Source: an uncultured delta proteobacterium
GTDB taxonomy: Bacteria > Myxococcota > Myxococcia > Myxococcales > Anaeromyxobacteraceae
Reading direction: 5' to 3'
Assembly: GCA_963828255.1 (NCBI GenBank)
Contig: CAWHDZ010000023.1
Span: 23,090 to 87,089 of the forward strand
Length of the DNA stretch: 64,000 bases
The notes beneath the pieces were generated by a model, which saw only the letters and a program-made list of their open reading frames with translations, made no database searches and was not told where the DNA came from. Shown one piece after another: positions 50,744 through 58,584 of this stretch. The translations under genes were made by a program, and so were the position numbers. The stretch's first letter is position 1, and the number at the start of each line of letters is the position of its first letter.

Positions 50744-51922
50744 ATGGCGACGTTCGTGAAGGTGACGGGCAAGCGGGGCGTCCGCTGGATGGCGGTCGTC
50801 CGGAAGGCCGGCCGGAAGGCCAGGAAGAAGACCTTCGACCTGAAGGGGCAGGCGGTGACGTGGGCCCGGGGGGTCGAGGGGGATGCCGGATGGGCTCAGG
50901 CGCTCGGCACGCCGGGCGCGGGCATGACGCTCGCGGCGCTCGCGAAGCAGTACCAGGAGGCGGGGCTCGGCCGCGACCAGCGGGTCCAGTTCTGGGTCGA
51001 GCAGCTCGGGACGCGGAAGCTCCCCGACGTCCTGCCCGGCGACATCGAGGCCGCGCTCGACTACTACAGCAGCGGCAAGGCGGAGGTCTACGTCGGGCGG
51101 GGCAAGAGCCGGCCCCGGGTCAACGGCACGAAGCGGGGCCCCGCGTCCCGGAACCGGATGCGCTCCCAGCTCTCCAGCATCTTCCGCTGGGCCATGTCGA
51201 AGCAGCTCTTCAACACGAACCCCGTCGCCACGGTGGCGAAGGCGAAGGAGCCGAAGGGGCGCGTCCGCTTCCTCTCCGACGACGAGGCCGACCGGCTGCT
51301 CGCGTCCGCCCGGAAGTTCGTGGTCTCGCAGCGCGAGCGCCAGGAGGAGAAGGTCCGCCTCCGGATCGAGCGCCGCACGGCGCGTGGGCTTCCGGTGAAC
51401 GAGGACCGGCCCGTGAAGCCGCTGTGGGAGAAGCTGCCGCTCCTCGTGATGATGGCGCTCGCCACCGGGGCCCGCGCGAGCGAGCTGACCGAGAAGGTCC
51501 GCTGGGAGCGCATCGACTGGTCCGAGCGGAAGGTCCAGATCGACGACACGAAGAACACCGAGTCGCGCGTGCTCATCCTCCCGGTGGCAGTCATCAAGGA
51601 GATGATGAAGCACCGGCAGCCGACCGGGCTCGTCTTCGGCCGGCCCGAGGACCCGGAGAGCCCGTTCACGGTGAAGAAGCACTGGCTCGCGGCGGTGAAG
51701 GATGCCGGCATCGAGAACTTCCGGTTCCACGACTGCCGGCACACGGCGGCGAGCTGGATGATCAGCGCAGGGGAGGGGCTCTACCAGACCGGGCAGGTGC
51801 TCGGGCACAAGAGCCCGCAGTCCACGGCGCGCTACGCTCACCTCTCGGTGGAGGCGAAGAAGGCTGCCGTGGACCGCGTGATGACGTCGAAGCGGCTCGG
51901 CGGGAGCCCGGACTCGAAGTGA
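50744..51922 (+). CDS. int: Tyrosine recombinase/integrase
   Basis: RBS GGAGG; catalytic R (TGARASE), K (TKN), HxxR (FHDCRH), H (LGH) and Y (ARYAHL) all intact. Confidence 0.95.
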   Translation: MATFVKVTGKRGVRWMAVVRKAGRKARKKTFDLKGQAVTWARGVEGDAGWAQALGTPGAGMTLAALAKQYQEAGLGRDQRVQFWVEQLGTRKLPDVLPGDIEAALDYYSSGKAEVYVGRGKSRPRVNGTKRGPASRNRMRSQLSSIFRWAMSKQLFNTNPVATVAKAKEPKGRVRFLSDDEADRLLASARKFVVSQRERQEEKVRLRIERRTARGLPVNEDRPVKPLWEKLPLLVMMALATGARASELTEKVRWERIDWSERKVQIDDTKNTESRVLILPVAVIKEMMKHRQPTGLVFGRPEDPESPFTVKKHWLAAVKDAGIENFRFHDCRHTAASWMISAGEGLYQTGQVLGHKSPQSTARYAHLSVEAKKAAVDRVMTSKRLGGSPDSK

Positions 51923-52102
51923 TGGAGCTGCTGCCCGTCATCGCCGGGCCCTTGCGCTCGTGGGTGACGGTCCAGTAGTATCGCTGTCGAAACGGCTGGC
52001 ATCCTCATCTGCCTCGCGCGGAGCCCGCGACAGAAATCGGCCCCCTCACTGGCAACGAAGTAGCCTGAAAGACGGCAGCCAGTGGCAGTTCGAGGCCGGT
52101 CA

Positions 52103-52148
52103 GAGCCTCGACGACCCCAACCCGGGGACGTCGGGGCTCTTCGCATTT
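52103..52148 (+). terminator. Terminator-like hairpin in the leader of the xis/rep operon
   Basis: GAGCCTCGACG-A-CCCC / GGGG-A-CGTCGGGGCTC stem followed by TTCGCATTT (weak U-tract). Confidence 0.55.
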
Positions 52149-52186
52149 CAGGCCCCCGACGACCCCCATGCACTGCGGAGGTTGTC

Positions 52187-52429
52187 GTGAGCACTACCAG
52201 CACCCAGACAGGCGAGATCGTCGTCCAGGGCAAGCGCCTGATCGACTACGACCGCGCCGCCGCGATGCTCGGGCTGAAGCCGGCTTCACTCTCGACCGGC
52301 ATCTCGCGCGGGCAGTACGAGCTGACGCGCTACTTCGCGGGGCGGAGGCCCCGGTTCGACGTCGCGGAGATCGAGAAGCTCATCCTCTCGAAGTCCACGC
52401 CGGCCGGGCAGCGCAGGCGGAAGCACTAG
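52187..52429 (+). CDS. Excisionase/AlpA-like winged-HTH protein
   Basis: RBS GGAGG and GTG start; LIDYDRAAAMLGLKPASL...GRRPRFDVAEIEKLI pattern of HTH_17/Xis. Confidence 0.8.
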   Translation: MSTTSTQTGEIVVQGKRLIDYDRAAAMLGLKPASLSTGISRGQYELTRYFAGRRPRFDVAEIEKLILSKSTPAGQRRRKH

Positions 52430-52505
52430 GCGTCGCGCCGTGGCCGCTCACGTCGGCGGCCGGCCACCGCGCGTCACCTCGTCGCCGGCAGTGAAGGCAC
52501 TCGTC

Positions 52506-52811
52506 ATGTCGTTCCAGAATGTCCCCCGCGCAAGCGGGCCCGTCGTGGAGAAAGCCATCGTGCGGCCCACCGCGCCGCAACCGGCCCCGAAGAAGGTTCA
52601 CCCGTTCGCGAAGCTGGCCGAGTCGAGGGCCCGCGTGTCGTTCGCGATGAAGGCGGGCAGCACCATCACCGGCACCGTCGTCGAGTTCAACGCGAACCTC
52701 GTGCGGCTCGTGGAGGTCCGGGTGCGCCACCGCGACGAGCCGCCCCGGTCGGCAGCCTGGGTGCTCGTCGATTCCACGGCGGCAGCCTTCGTCGAGGAGG
52801 TGGCCCCGTGA
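52506..52811 (+). CDS. Putative Hfq/LSm-fold protein
   Basis: PFAKLAESRARVSFAMKAGSTITGTVVEFNANLVRL aligns by eye with the Hfq Sm1 motif. Start may be upstream (GTG 52440). Confidence 0.55.
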   Translation: MSFQNVPRASGPVVEKAIVRPTAPQPAPKKVHPFAKLAESRARVSFAMKAGSTITGTVVEFNANLVRLVEVRVRHRDEPPRSAAWVLVDSTAAAFVEEVAP

Positions 52812-53521
52812 GCGCGTTCATAAGGGTCGAAGGCAAGCTGATCCCGGTCGCGCAGGTGCGTGGCGTCGAGGAACGCTCGGGCGGGGCAGCCGTCCGCGTG
52901 CTGCACAGCGACGGCTACACCGAGGGGGAGTTCGCGGAGGTCGTCGAGACCATTCCGAACACCAACCCCAACCTCGTGCTCCTGGAGACCGTCGAGGAGC
53001 CGGATGGCACGACGTCGCTGGAGGAGTGGCCGGTCATCGCGTGGCGCGTCGAGCAGCTCACGGGTGGCCTCGCGGCGGGCGTCCTCGACTACGCCACCAC
53101 CGTGACCCCGATCACCGGACGGAGTCTCGGAGGCCACGACTTCGCGCTCCTCGACCGGAGAACGGGGCACGTCGTCCAGCACAGCAGCGCCCCGGACGGA
53201 GAGCGGTGGTTCCGGACCAGGGAGTCGTTCATCGGCTCGCTGGACGACGAGCAGGGCGCGCCCGGGGCCGTCCAGGTGAAGGCGGACGCGCCCGCGCCCC
53301 GGCCGGTGCTGGTGAGTCAGCAGCCGGCCCGCGACCTCGACCGGAAGTTCCATTCCGCCGCACAGCGGTGCCTGGAGGCAGGAGGCCCCGAGCTGGTTTC
53401 GCGGGTGCTCCGGAAGTTCCGGGTGGCGAAGGTGTCGGACGTCCCGCCCTCCGCCTACGAGACCGCGCGGACCGCGTTCGTCGTCGCCACGAAGAAGGCT
53501 GAGCGGAAGGGGGCGCGATGA
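52808..53521 (+). CDS. Hypothetical protein
   Basis: RBS GGAGG, GTGA coupling, high GC3. Confidence 0.75.
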   Translation: MSAFIRVEGKLIPVAQVRGVEERSGGAAVRVLHSDGYTEGEFAEVVETIPNTNPNLVLLETVEEPDGTTSLEEWPVIAWRVEQLTGGLAAGVLDYATTVTPITGRSLGGHDFALLDRRTGHVVQHSSAPDGERWFRTRESFIGSLDDEQGAPGAVQVKADAPAPRPVLVSQQPARDLDRKFHSAAQRCLEAGGPELVSRVLRKFRVAKVSDVPPSAYETARTAFVVATKKAERKGAR

Positions 53522-54022
53522 CCTCCCACCTCTACACGCGCGGTGAGCGAGGAGGAGATCCGGTTCCGCGTTCTCGCCGCCTCCGCCCCGCCTCCCGGCA
53601 CCGTCGCGGTCTTCTCCCGCCAGCTCGGGGGCCCACCGTTCGTCTACACGTCCCCGGTCGTGCAGCTCCTCACCATCGAGGTCTACGGCGAGGGGCAGAG
53701 CGTCATCCGCACCGAGCCCGTCTGCTTCGGTGACGACGAGGGCCCGGCCGGCGCGTGGCCGAACTATCTCGGCATGGCCCCGAGCGCGACTGAGGGCGAG
53801 CGCGTCTTCGTCGACATCGCGGCAGCGTGCATCTACGGGGCCCCGCTCGGGCGCTCGCGCGGCCCGTTCGAGAGCCGCTCGGAGCTGCTGGAGCGGACCA
53901 TGAGCGCGAAGGTCCCCTGGCGCATCCAGAAGTCCATCAAGTGCTGGAGGCGCGGCGACGCGAAGGGGGCGGAGCGCCTCTACGCGGAGCAGAACGCGAC
54001 CCCCGAGGAGACCGTGAACTGA
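53518..54022 (+). CDS. Hypothetical protein (ORF 53543-54022; coupled ATG 53518 is out of frame by one base)
   Basis: High-GC3 ORF; removing one C near 53526 would join the ATGA-coupled start to it. Confidence 0.65.
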
Positions 54023-54030
54023 AAAGAGGA

Positions 54031-54062
54031 GGCCCCGGCGCGCTCGTCTTCGCGCCGGGGCC
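54031..54062. terminator. Perfect 12-bp hairpin upstream of the rep gene
   Basis: GGCCCCGGCGCG-N8-CGCGCCGGGGCC with AAAAG nearby on both sides; could terminate minus-strand transcription. Confidence 0.5.
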
Positions 54063-54092
54063 AAAAGTTCACCTTCACTCAGAGAAGGCACC

Positions 54093-57000
54093 TTGGATTC
54101 TATCACCTTCCTCCGCCTGCCCGCATCCTCCTACTGGAACTCGGAGGAGAACCGCTACATCCACCTTCGCGGAAGGAAGCTCCTCGACCCGACGCTGACG
54201 AAGGTGATCTCGGGGCACGCGAAGGGGAAGCGGTTCATCCCGGTCGAGCGCCCCTACACGAGCGTCGAGGCACTCTCGATGATCGCGGAGGAGATCCAGG
54301 CGGGCGACTGCGGGCTCGTCCACGCGCGGGTGAGCGAGGCCGGCCGCGCCGTCCTGGCGAAGAAGGGATACGTCGAGGCCCGAGCGCGCCCGAAGATCAT
54401 CAAGCACTCGGGAAAGGTGCTGCCCGGCCACCTGGAGGACCAGCCGTCCCGGCTCCTCGCCATCGACTTCGACGGTGCCGAGCTGCCCTGGCCTTTCGAC
54501 CCGTTCGCGCCCGAGGAGTCGGTGCGCCAGCTCATCACCGCCGCAGGTCTCGACGGCGCGGCCGTGCTCTGGCAGCTCACCGCGAGCCAGCAGCCCCGTG
54601 CCGGGGCTCCCGTCCGGCTCCGGTTCTACTGCATCACCGACAAGGGCCTGCGCGCGCCACAGCGCACACGGCTCCTCTCCATCATCTCGCAGCGCATCAC
54701 CGAGAAGCTCGGGATCGACCCGAGGATCGACCCCGCCGTCGCCCGGCGCGTCCAGTTCATCTACATCGCGCCGCCCGAGATCGAGGGCGGGGTGGACCTC
54801 ATCCCGCGCCGGTTCGGCATCATCGAGGGCGGCGAGGTCGCCATCGACCTCGACCAGCTCAAGGGCCCGGCCGTGCCCGACCGCGCCGCACGCATCGCCG
54901 GCCGTGGTGGCGTGCGGCTCCGGGACATCCCCGAGGGGGAAGAGATCCTGGAGTACCTGCTCCCGAACGAGCAGGCCGCACTGCACCCCGGCATGGTGAA
55001 CGCTGCCTACCACCTGCGGAGGATGGAGCCGGCGGAGATGGTCGAGTCCATCTACGAGTACGTCGAGGGCATCATCGACTGGTCCGCCCCAAAGCCGCGC
55101 CGCACGAGCCGGGAGGAGCTGCGGAAGGAGGTCGAGGACATCGTCGGCTGGGCGGTCTCCTGCACCGACGAGCACATCGTCCGGGGCATCGAGCCTGCCT
55201 TCCCGGTGCAGGAGGTGGTCTCCCCCGCTGAAGCGGAGCTGGCGGCCGAGCGGGCCGTCCTGGGGGGCCTTCAGAAGCCCGGCCGCACCATCATCCGGCT
55301 GCCTGCCGGCGTGGGGAAGACCGAGCAGGTGCTTCGCGCGCTCGACCTCTTCGGCTACCGCGCCCACGCCTTCGTCCCCACCCACGCGCAGGCGGAGGAG
55401 ATGGCGACCCGCGCCCGGATGATGGGCATGACGGCGCAGGTGATGAAGGGGCGCGAGACCCTGAACGGTGCGATGGAACCGCTCTGCAAGAAGCTCCCGG
55501 CGATTCAGCACCTCCGGGAGCAGGGATTTCAGGCGGTCTCGCAGTACCTCTGCGAGAGCCCGACCAAGACGTCCATCCTGGAGTTCGTGGACGACGACGG
55601 CGAGGTCGTGGAGGAGGTCGTCGAGTCACGCAGCGGCGGCGGCGAGGTCTGCCCCTACGCGCAGGACTGCGATTACTTCACGCAGCACGAGACCGACGCG
55701 CAGCTCGTCGTCTTCCAGCACGCCCACCTCGCCATCCCCGAGAGCACGCTGGTGGCGCGGATGCGGAAGCCGGACGTCGTCGTCATCGACGAAGACCCGC
55801 TGAAGGCGCTCCACGTGAAGGGGAAGGTGCCGAAGGCCCGCCTGCCTGCCGCCCTCTCACCGCTCGCCGCCGGCATCACCGACGTGGAGTTCTACGACCT
55901 GGAGGCAGTGCGGGCTCTGCGGGACCGCGTGGACGGGGTGCGCCCCAGCATGGACGCGGCGCAGACGCTCGCCGCTGCGCAGCGGACGCGCCCCTCCGTG
56001 ACCCTCGCCGCCGAGATGGTCGCGACCTGCATCGAGCAGGGGCACGACGACCTGCCCGACGTGCGTGTCGGAGCCGGCGTCGTCGAGTTCTCCTTCGTGC
56101 GGAAGATCGCGAGGGCCGGGCGGCACACCATCCTGCTCGACGCCACGCTCCGCCCGACCATCGCGGATGCCTACTTCCCGAACGCGCGCATCGAAGAGGT
56201 GCGCCTCGACGACAACATCGACGGCTACGTCGTGGCTGACCGGACCTTCTCGAAGACCGCGATGAAGGAGGAGCGCGCCTACGTTGGCGTGGCCGACGAG
56301 CTGCCCGAGCAGCTCCGCCACCACAAGACGCTGGGCATCGTGACGAGCAAGGCCCACGCCGACCAGCTCGCAGCGTTCGACGTCCTGCACTACGGGGCAC
56401 TGCGCGGGTCGGACACGCTGCGCAAGTGCGACTTCGGGCTCGTGGTGGGCCGGATGCAGCCGCCGCTGGAGGAGGTCGTGGCGCTCGCCCGTGCGCTCTT
56501 CCCGGGCCGGCCGTTCCGCGACGCGCGCCTCGTCGAGCGCGCGGCCGGCTACCGGATGGCGGACGGCACGCGGAAGGGGGTCGTGGACCTCTACGCGACC
56601 TGCGAGGGCGGGGACGCGGAGCTGCTCGGGGAGGTCATGGGGACGCTTCGAGAGGACGAGCTGCTGCAAGGGCTCGGGCGGTTCCGCGCGGTGCGGAAGC
56701 CGTACCGGGTGCCGGTGATGATTCTCGGGAGGTTGCCCGTGGACGTGACGGTACGTGAAGTGCTGAAGGTCTCCGACGTGGAGGAGATGAACGTGATGCT
56801 CGCCGGCCTGAAGGCGGGGGACGTGTTCCCGCTCGTGCCCCGGCTGCTCGTCGCCGCAGGGGTCTTCAAGACCGAGAAGACGGCGGAACGGTGGCTCGGG
56901 CGGGGGAGGGGAGAGGCGAACGCGAGGAGGCTGGTGGAGCTGCTCGCGATACGCACTGAGAGTCCTATTTATGAGAGAGGCTCTAATGTGTATCGACCCG

Positions 57001-57533
57001 CAGATAACGCGCTGCGTCGTCCGGCTATCGACCCCCGGATTTCAGACGGGGATGGACGGGAGTCGACGAGAGCGGGTGAAGGGGTCGGGGGGACACCGAA
57101 TATCGACCCCTCGTGGCCTATGTATAGGAGTAGGGATGGGGGTCGATCCGTTTCTGGACCGGCCGCTCGCGCGACCAAGCCTCGAACCGGCCCCCCGGAC
57201 GCCCCTGGAACCGCCCCCCGGGCCGTCCTGCACCCCGTCCCGGAGCCGGGCGAGGCGCGGGTGGCGCTCGTGGCCTTCCGGCTCGACCATCACCACCGTC
57301 GCCTGCCGGCCGGGGTCCGCGCGCTCGCGCTCGTGAACGCAGTGGACCTCGCGGACGCGGACTACCAGCTCGGGAAGTTTCTGCGGAGAGTGAAGGTCCG
57401 CGACAAGGTCGCCGGCATCTGGTCCGCGCCCCCGGTGCTGCTCGCCGGGCCACCGGAAGACGACGACCCCGAACTCCCTGAGCGGCCCGAACCAGTACCC
57501 TCTTCCACGCATCGCCTTGTGAAATCAGTGTGA
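54093..57533 (+). CDS. Replication protein: primase(AEP)-like N-terminus + SF2-like helicase
   Basis: LLAIDFDG (DxD); Walker A LPAGVGKT; Walker B VVIDED; ILLDAT (motif III); LLQGLGRFR (motif VI); Cys cluster between the Walker motifs. TTG start with AGAAGG upstream. Confidence 0.75.
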   Translation: MDSITFLRLPASSYWNSEENRYIHLRGRKLLDPTLTKVISGHAKGKRFIPVERPYTSVEALSMIAEEIQAGDCGLVHARVSEAGRAVLAKKGYVEARARPKIIKHSGKVLPGHLEDQPSRLLAIDFDGAELPWPFDPFAPEESVRQLITAAGLDGAAVLWQLTASQQPRAGAPVRLRFYCITDKGLRAPQRTRLLSIISQRITEKLGIDPRIDPAVARRVQFIYIAPPEIEGGVDLIPRRFGIIEGGEVAIDLDQLKGPAVPDRAARIAGRGGVRLRDIPEGEEILEYLLPNEQAALHPGMVNAAYHLRRMEPAEMVESIYEYVEGIIDWSAPKPRRTSREELRKEVEDIVGWAVSCTDEHIVRGIEPAFPVQEVVSPAEAELAAERAVLGGLQKPGRTIIRLPAGVGKTEQVLRALDLFGYRAHAFVPTHAQAEEMATRARMMGMTAQVMKGRETLNGAMEPLCKKLPAIQHLREQGFQAVSQYLCESPTKTSILEFVDDDGEVVEEVVESRSGGGEVCPYAQDCDYFTQHETDAQLVVFQHAHLAIPESTLVARMRKPDVVVIDEDPLKALHVKGKVPKARLPAALSPLAAGITDVEFYDLEAVRALRDRVDGVRPSMDAAQTLAAAQRTRPSVTLAAEMVATCIEQGHDDLPDVRVGAGVVEFSFVRKIARAGRHTILLDATLRPTIADAYFPNARIEEVRLDDNIDGYVVADRTFSKTAMKEERAYVGVADELPEQLRHHKTLGIVTSKAHADQLAAFDVLHYGALRGSDTLRKCDFGLVVGRMQPPLEEVVALARALFPGRPFRDARLVERAAGYRMADGTRKGVVDLYATCEGGDAELLGEVMGTLREDELLQGLGRFRAVRKPYRVPVMILGRLPVDVTVREVLKVSDVEEMNVMLAGLKAGDVFPLVPRLLVAAGVFKTEKTAERWLGRGRGEANARRLVELLAIRTESPIYERGSNVYRPADNALRRPAIDPRISDGDGRESTRAGEGVGGTPNIDPSWPMYRSRDGGRSVSGPAARATKPRTGPPDAPGTAPRAVLHPVPEPGEARVALVAFRLDHHHRRLPAGVRALALVNAVDLADADYQLGKFLRRVKVRDKVAGIWSAPPVLLAGPPEDDDPELPERPEPVPSSTHRLVKSV
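56991..57147. repeat. Cluster of direct and inverted TATCGACCC repeats inside the rep gene (candidate origin)
   Basis: TATCGACCC at 56991, 57026 and 57101; inverted copies at 57138-57147 (GGGGGTCGAT), 57058-57067 and 57081-57088 (degenerate). Confidence 0.65.
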
Positions 57534-57597
57534 GCCGGGGTTTTAGAATCCCTGGACTCAACGTAAACTGTTGAAAGTGCTGAACGGAGGCTGAAAA

Positions 57598-58122
57598 ATG
57601 GATCTCTCGCGACTGAGCATGGCCGAGCTGGAGCGGCTCGTGGATGAGGAGCTGGCGGAGCTGAACCCGCGCCAGGGGAGCTACGCGCTGTTGCGCACCA
57701 CCGGGGTCATCCCCGCCACGGCAGCCCGGCTCGCCGGCTACTCGCTCTCGCAGAATCCGGATGCGCTGGAGAAGCGCACGCTGCGCGCTCGTGCCGCCTA
57801 CACGGAGAAGCTGAACCGCACGGCGGACATCAACGTCTACTGGCTGCGCACGAAGTTCCTGGCGCTCCACGACGACGCGATGGAGCACGGCGACCGTGGC
57901 ACGGCCCGCGCCTGCCTCACCGAGATCGGCAAGCTCGCGGCGCTCTACCCCGAGCAGCGCCTCCGCCTCCAGGTGGAGACCGCGCAGACATCACTCGCGG
58001 AAGTCACCGAGGAGGAGTGGGCACTCGCCTCGCGCCTCACCCACGAGGTTCGCCAGCAGCTCCCGCCGGCCACCGTGGACATCTCCCCCACCACCCAGGA
58101 GGAGGAAACCGATGCCGCGTAA
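57598..58122 (+). CDS. terS: Terminase small subunit-like protein
   Basis: RBS GGAGG; ATAARLAGYS HTH motif; C-terminal ARACLTEIGKLAALY resembles the TerS ALELLGK..G.F motif; upstream of TerL. Confidence 0.75.
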   Translation: MDLSRLSMAELERLVDEELAELNPRQGSYALLRTTGVIPATAARLAGYSLSQNPDALEKRTLRARAAYTEKLNRTADINVYWLRTKFLALHDDAMEHGDRGTARACLTEIGKLAALYPEQRLRLQVETAQTSLAEVTEEEWALASRLTHEVRQQLPPATVDISPTTQEEETDAA

Positions 58123-58582
58123 CCTCGTCATCAACCCCGACCAGCTCTACCTGCGCCGGCTCGCCGCCCGTGCGCTCGACCTCATGTACGCGAGCAACGG
58201 CATCGAGGGCATCGTCGTCCGCTTCGCCCCGGACGACCCCACGCAAGCGTTCCCGGGCACCGAGCCGGGCGAGTTCATCTTCAGCCCCGACTTCCGGAGC
58301 CGCTCCCCACGCACCGTCGCCCACGTCTTCCTGCTCGAAGGCACGCTGGCGCGCGTCCTCGTGCCGGTCATCGACGACGTCATCCGCTCGAACCACCTCC
58401 GCGAGTTCAACGCTCGCGAGCTGGGGTTCCGCCAGCAAGGCGAGCCCGACGTGGATGTCGAGGTGGACCTCGTCGATGTCATCGCGGAGGAGGGGGAGAT
58501 GCTCCGGACCCGGCCCCAGCGGGTGACGGAGCGGATGCGCCAGCCCGCCTTCAAGACCTTCCGCGCCTACAATGGAGACTGA
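58112..58582 (+). CDS. Hypothetical protein between terS and terL
   Basis: Strong RBS AGGAGG, high GC3. Confidence 0.75.
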   Translation: MPRNLVINPDQLYLRRLAARALDLMYASNGIEGIVVRFAPDDPTQAFPGTEPGEFIFSPDFRSRSPRTVAHVFLLEGTLARVLVPVIDDVIRSNHLREFNARELGFRQQGEPDVDVEVDLVDVIAEEGEMLRTRPQRVTERMRQPAFKTFRAYNGD

Positions 58583-58584
58583 CA

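Noticed and set aside
51960..52190. 76-aa ORF between int and xis
   Set aside because: No RBS and atypical codon usage; the region is better explained as a structured leader.
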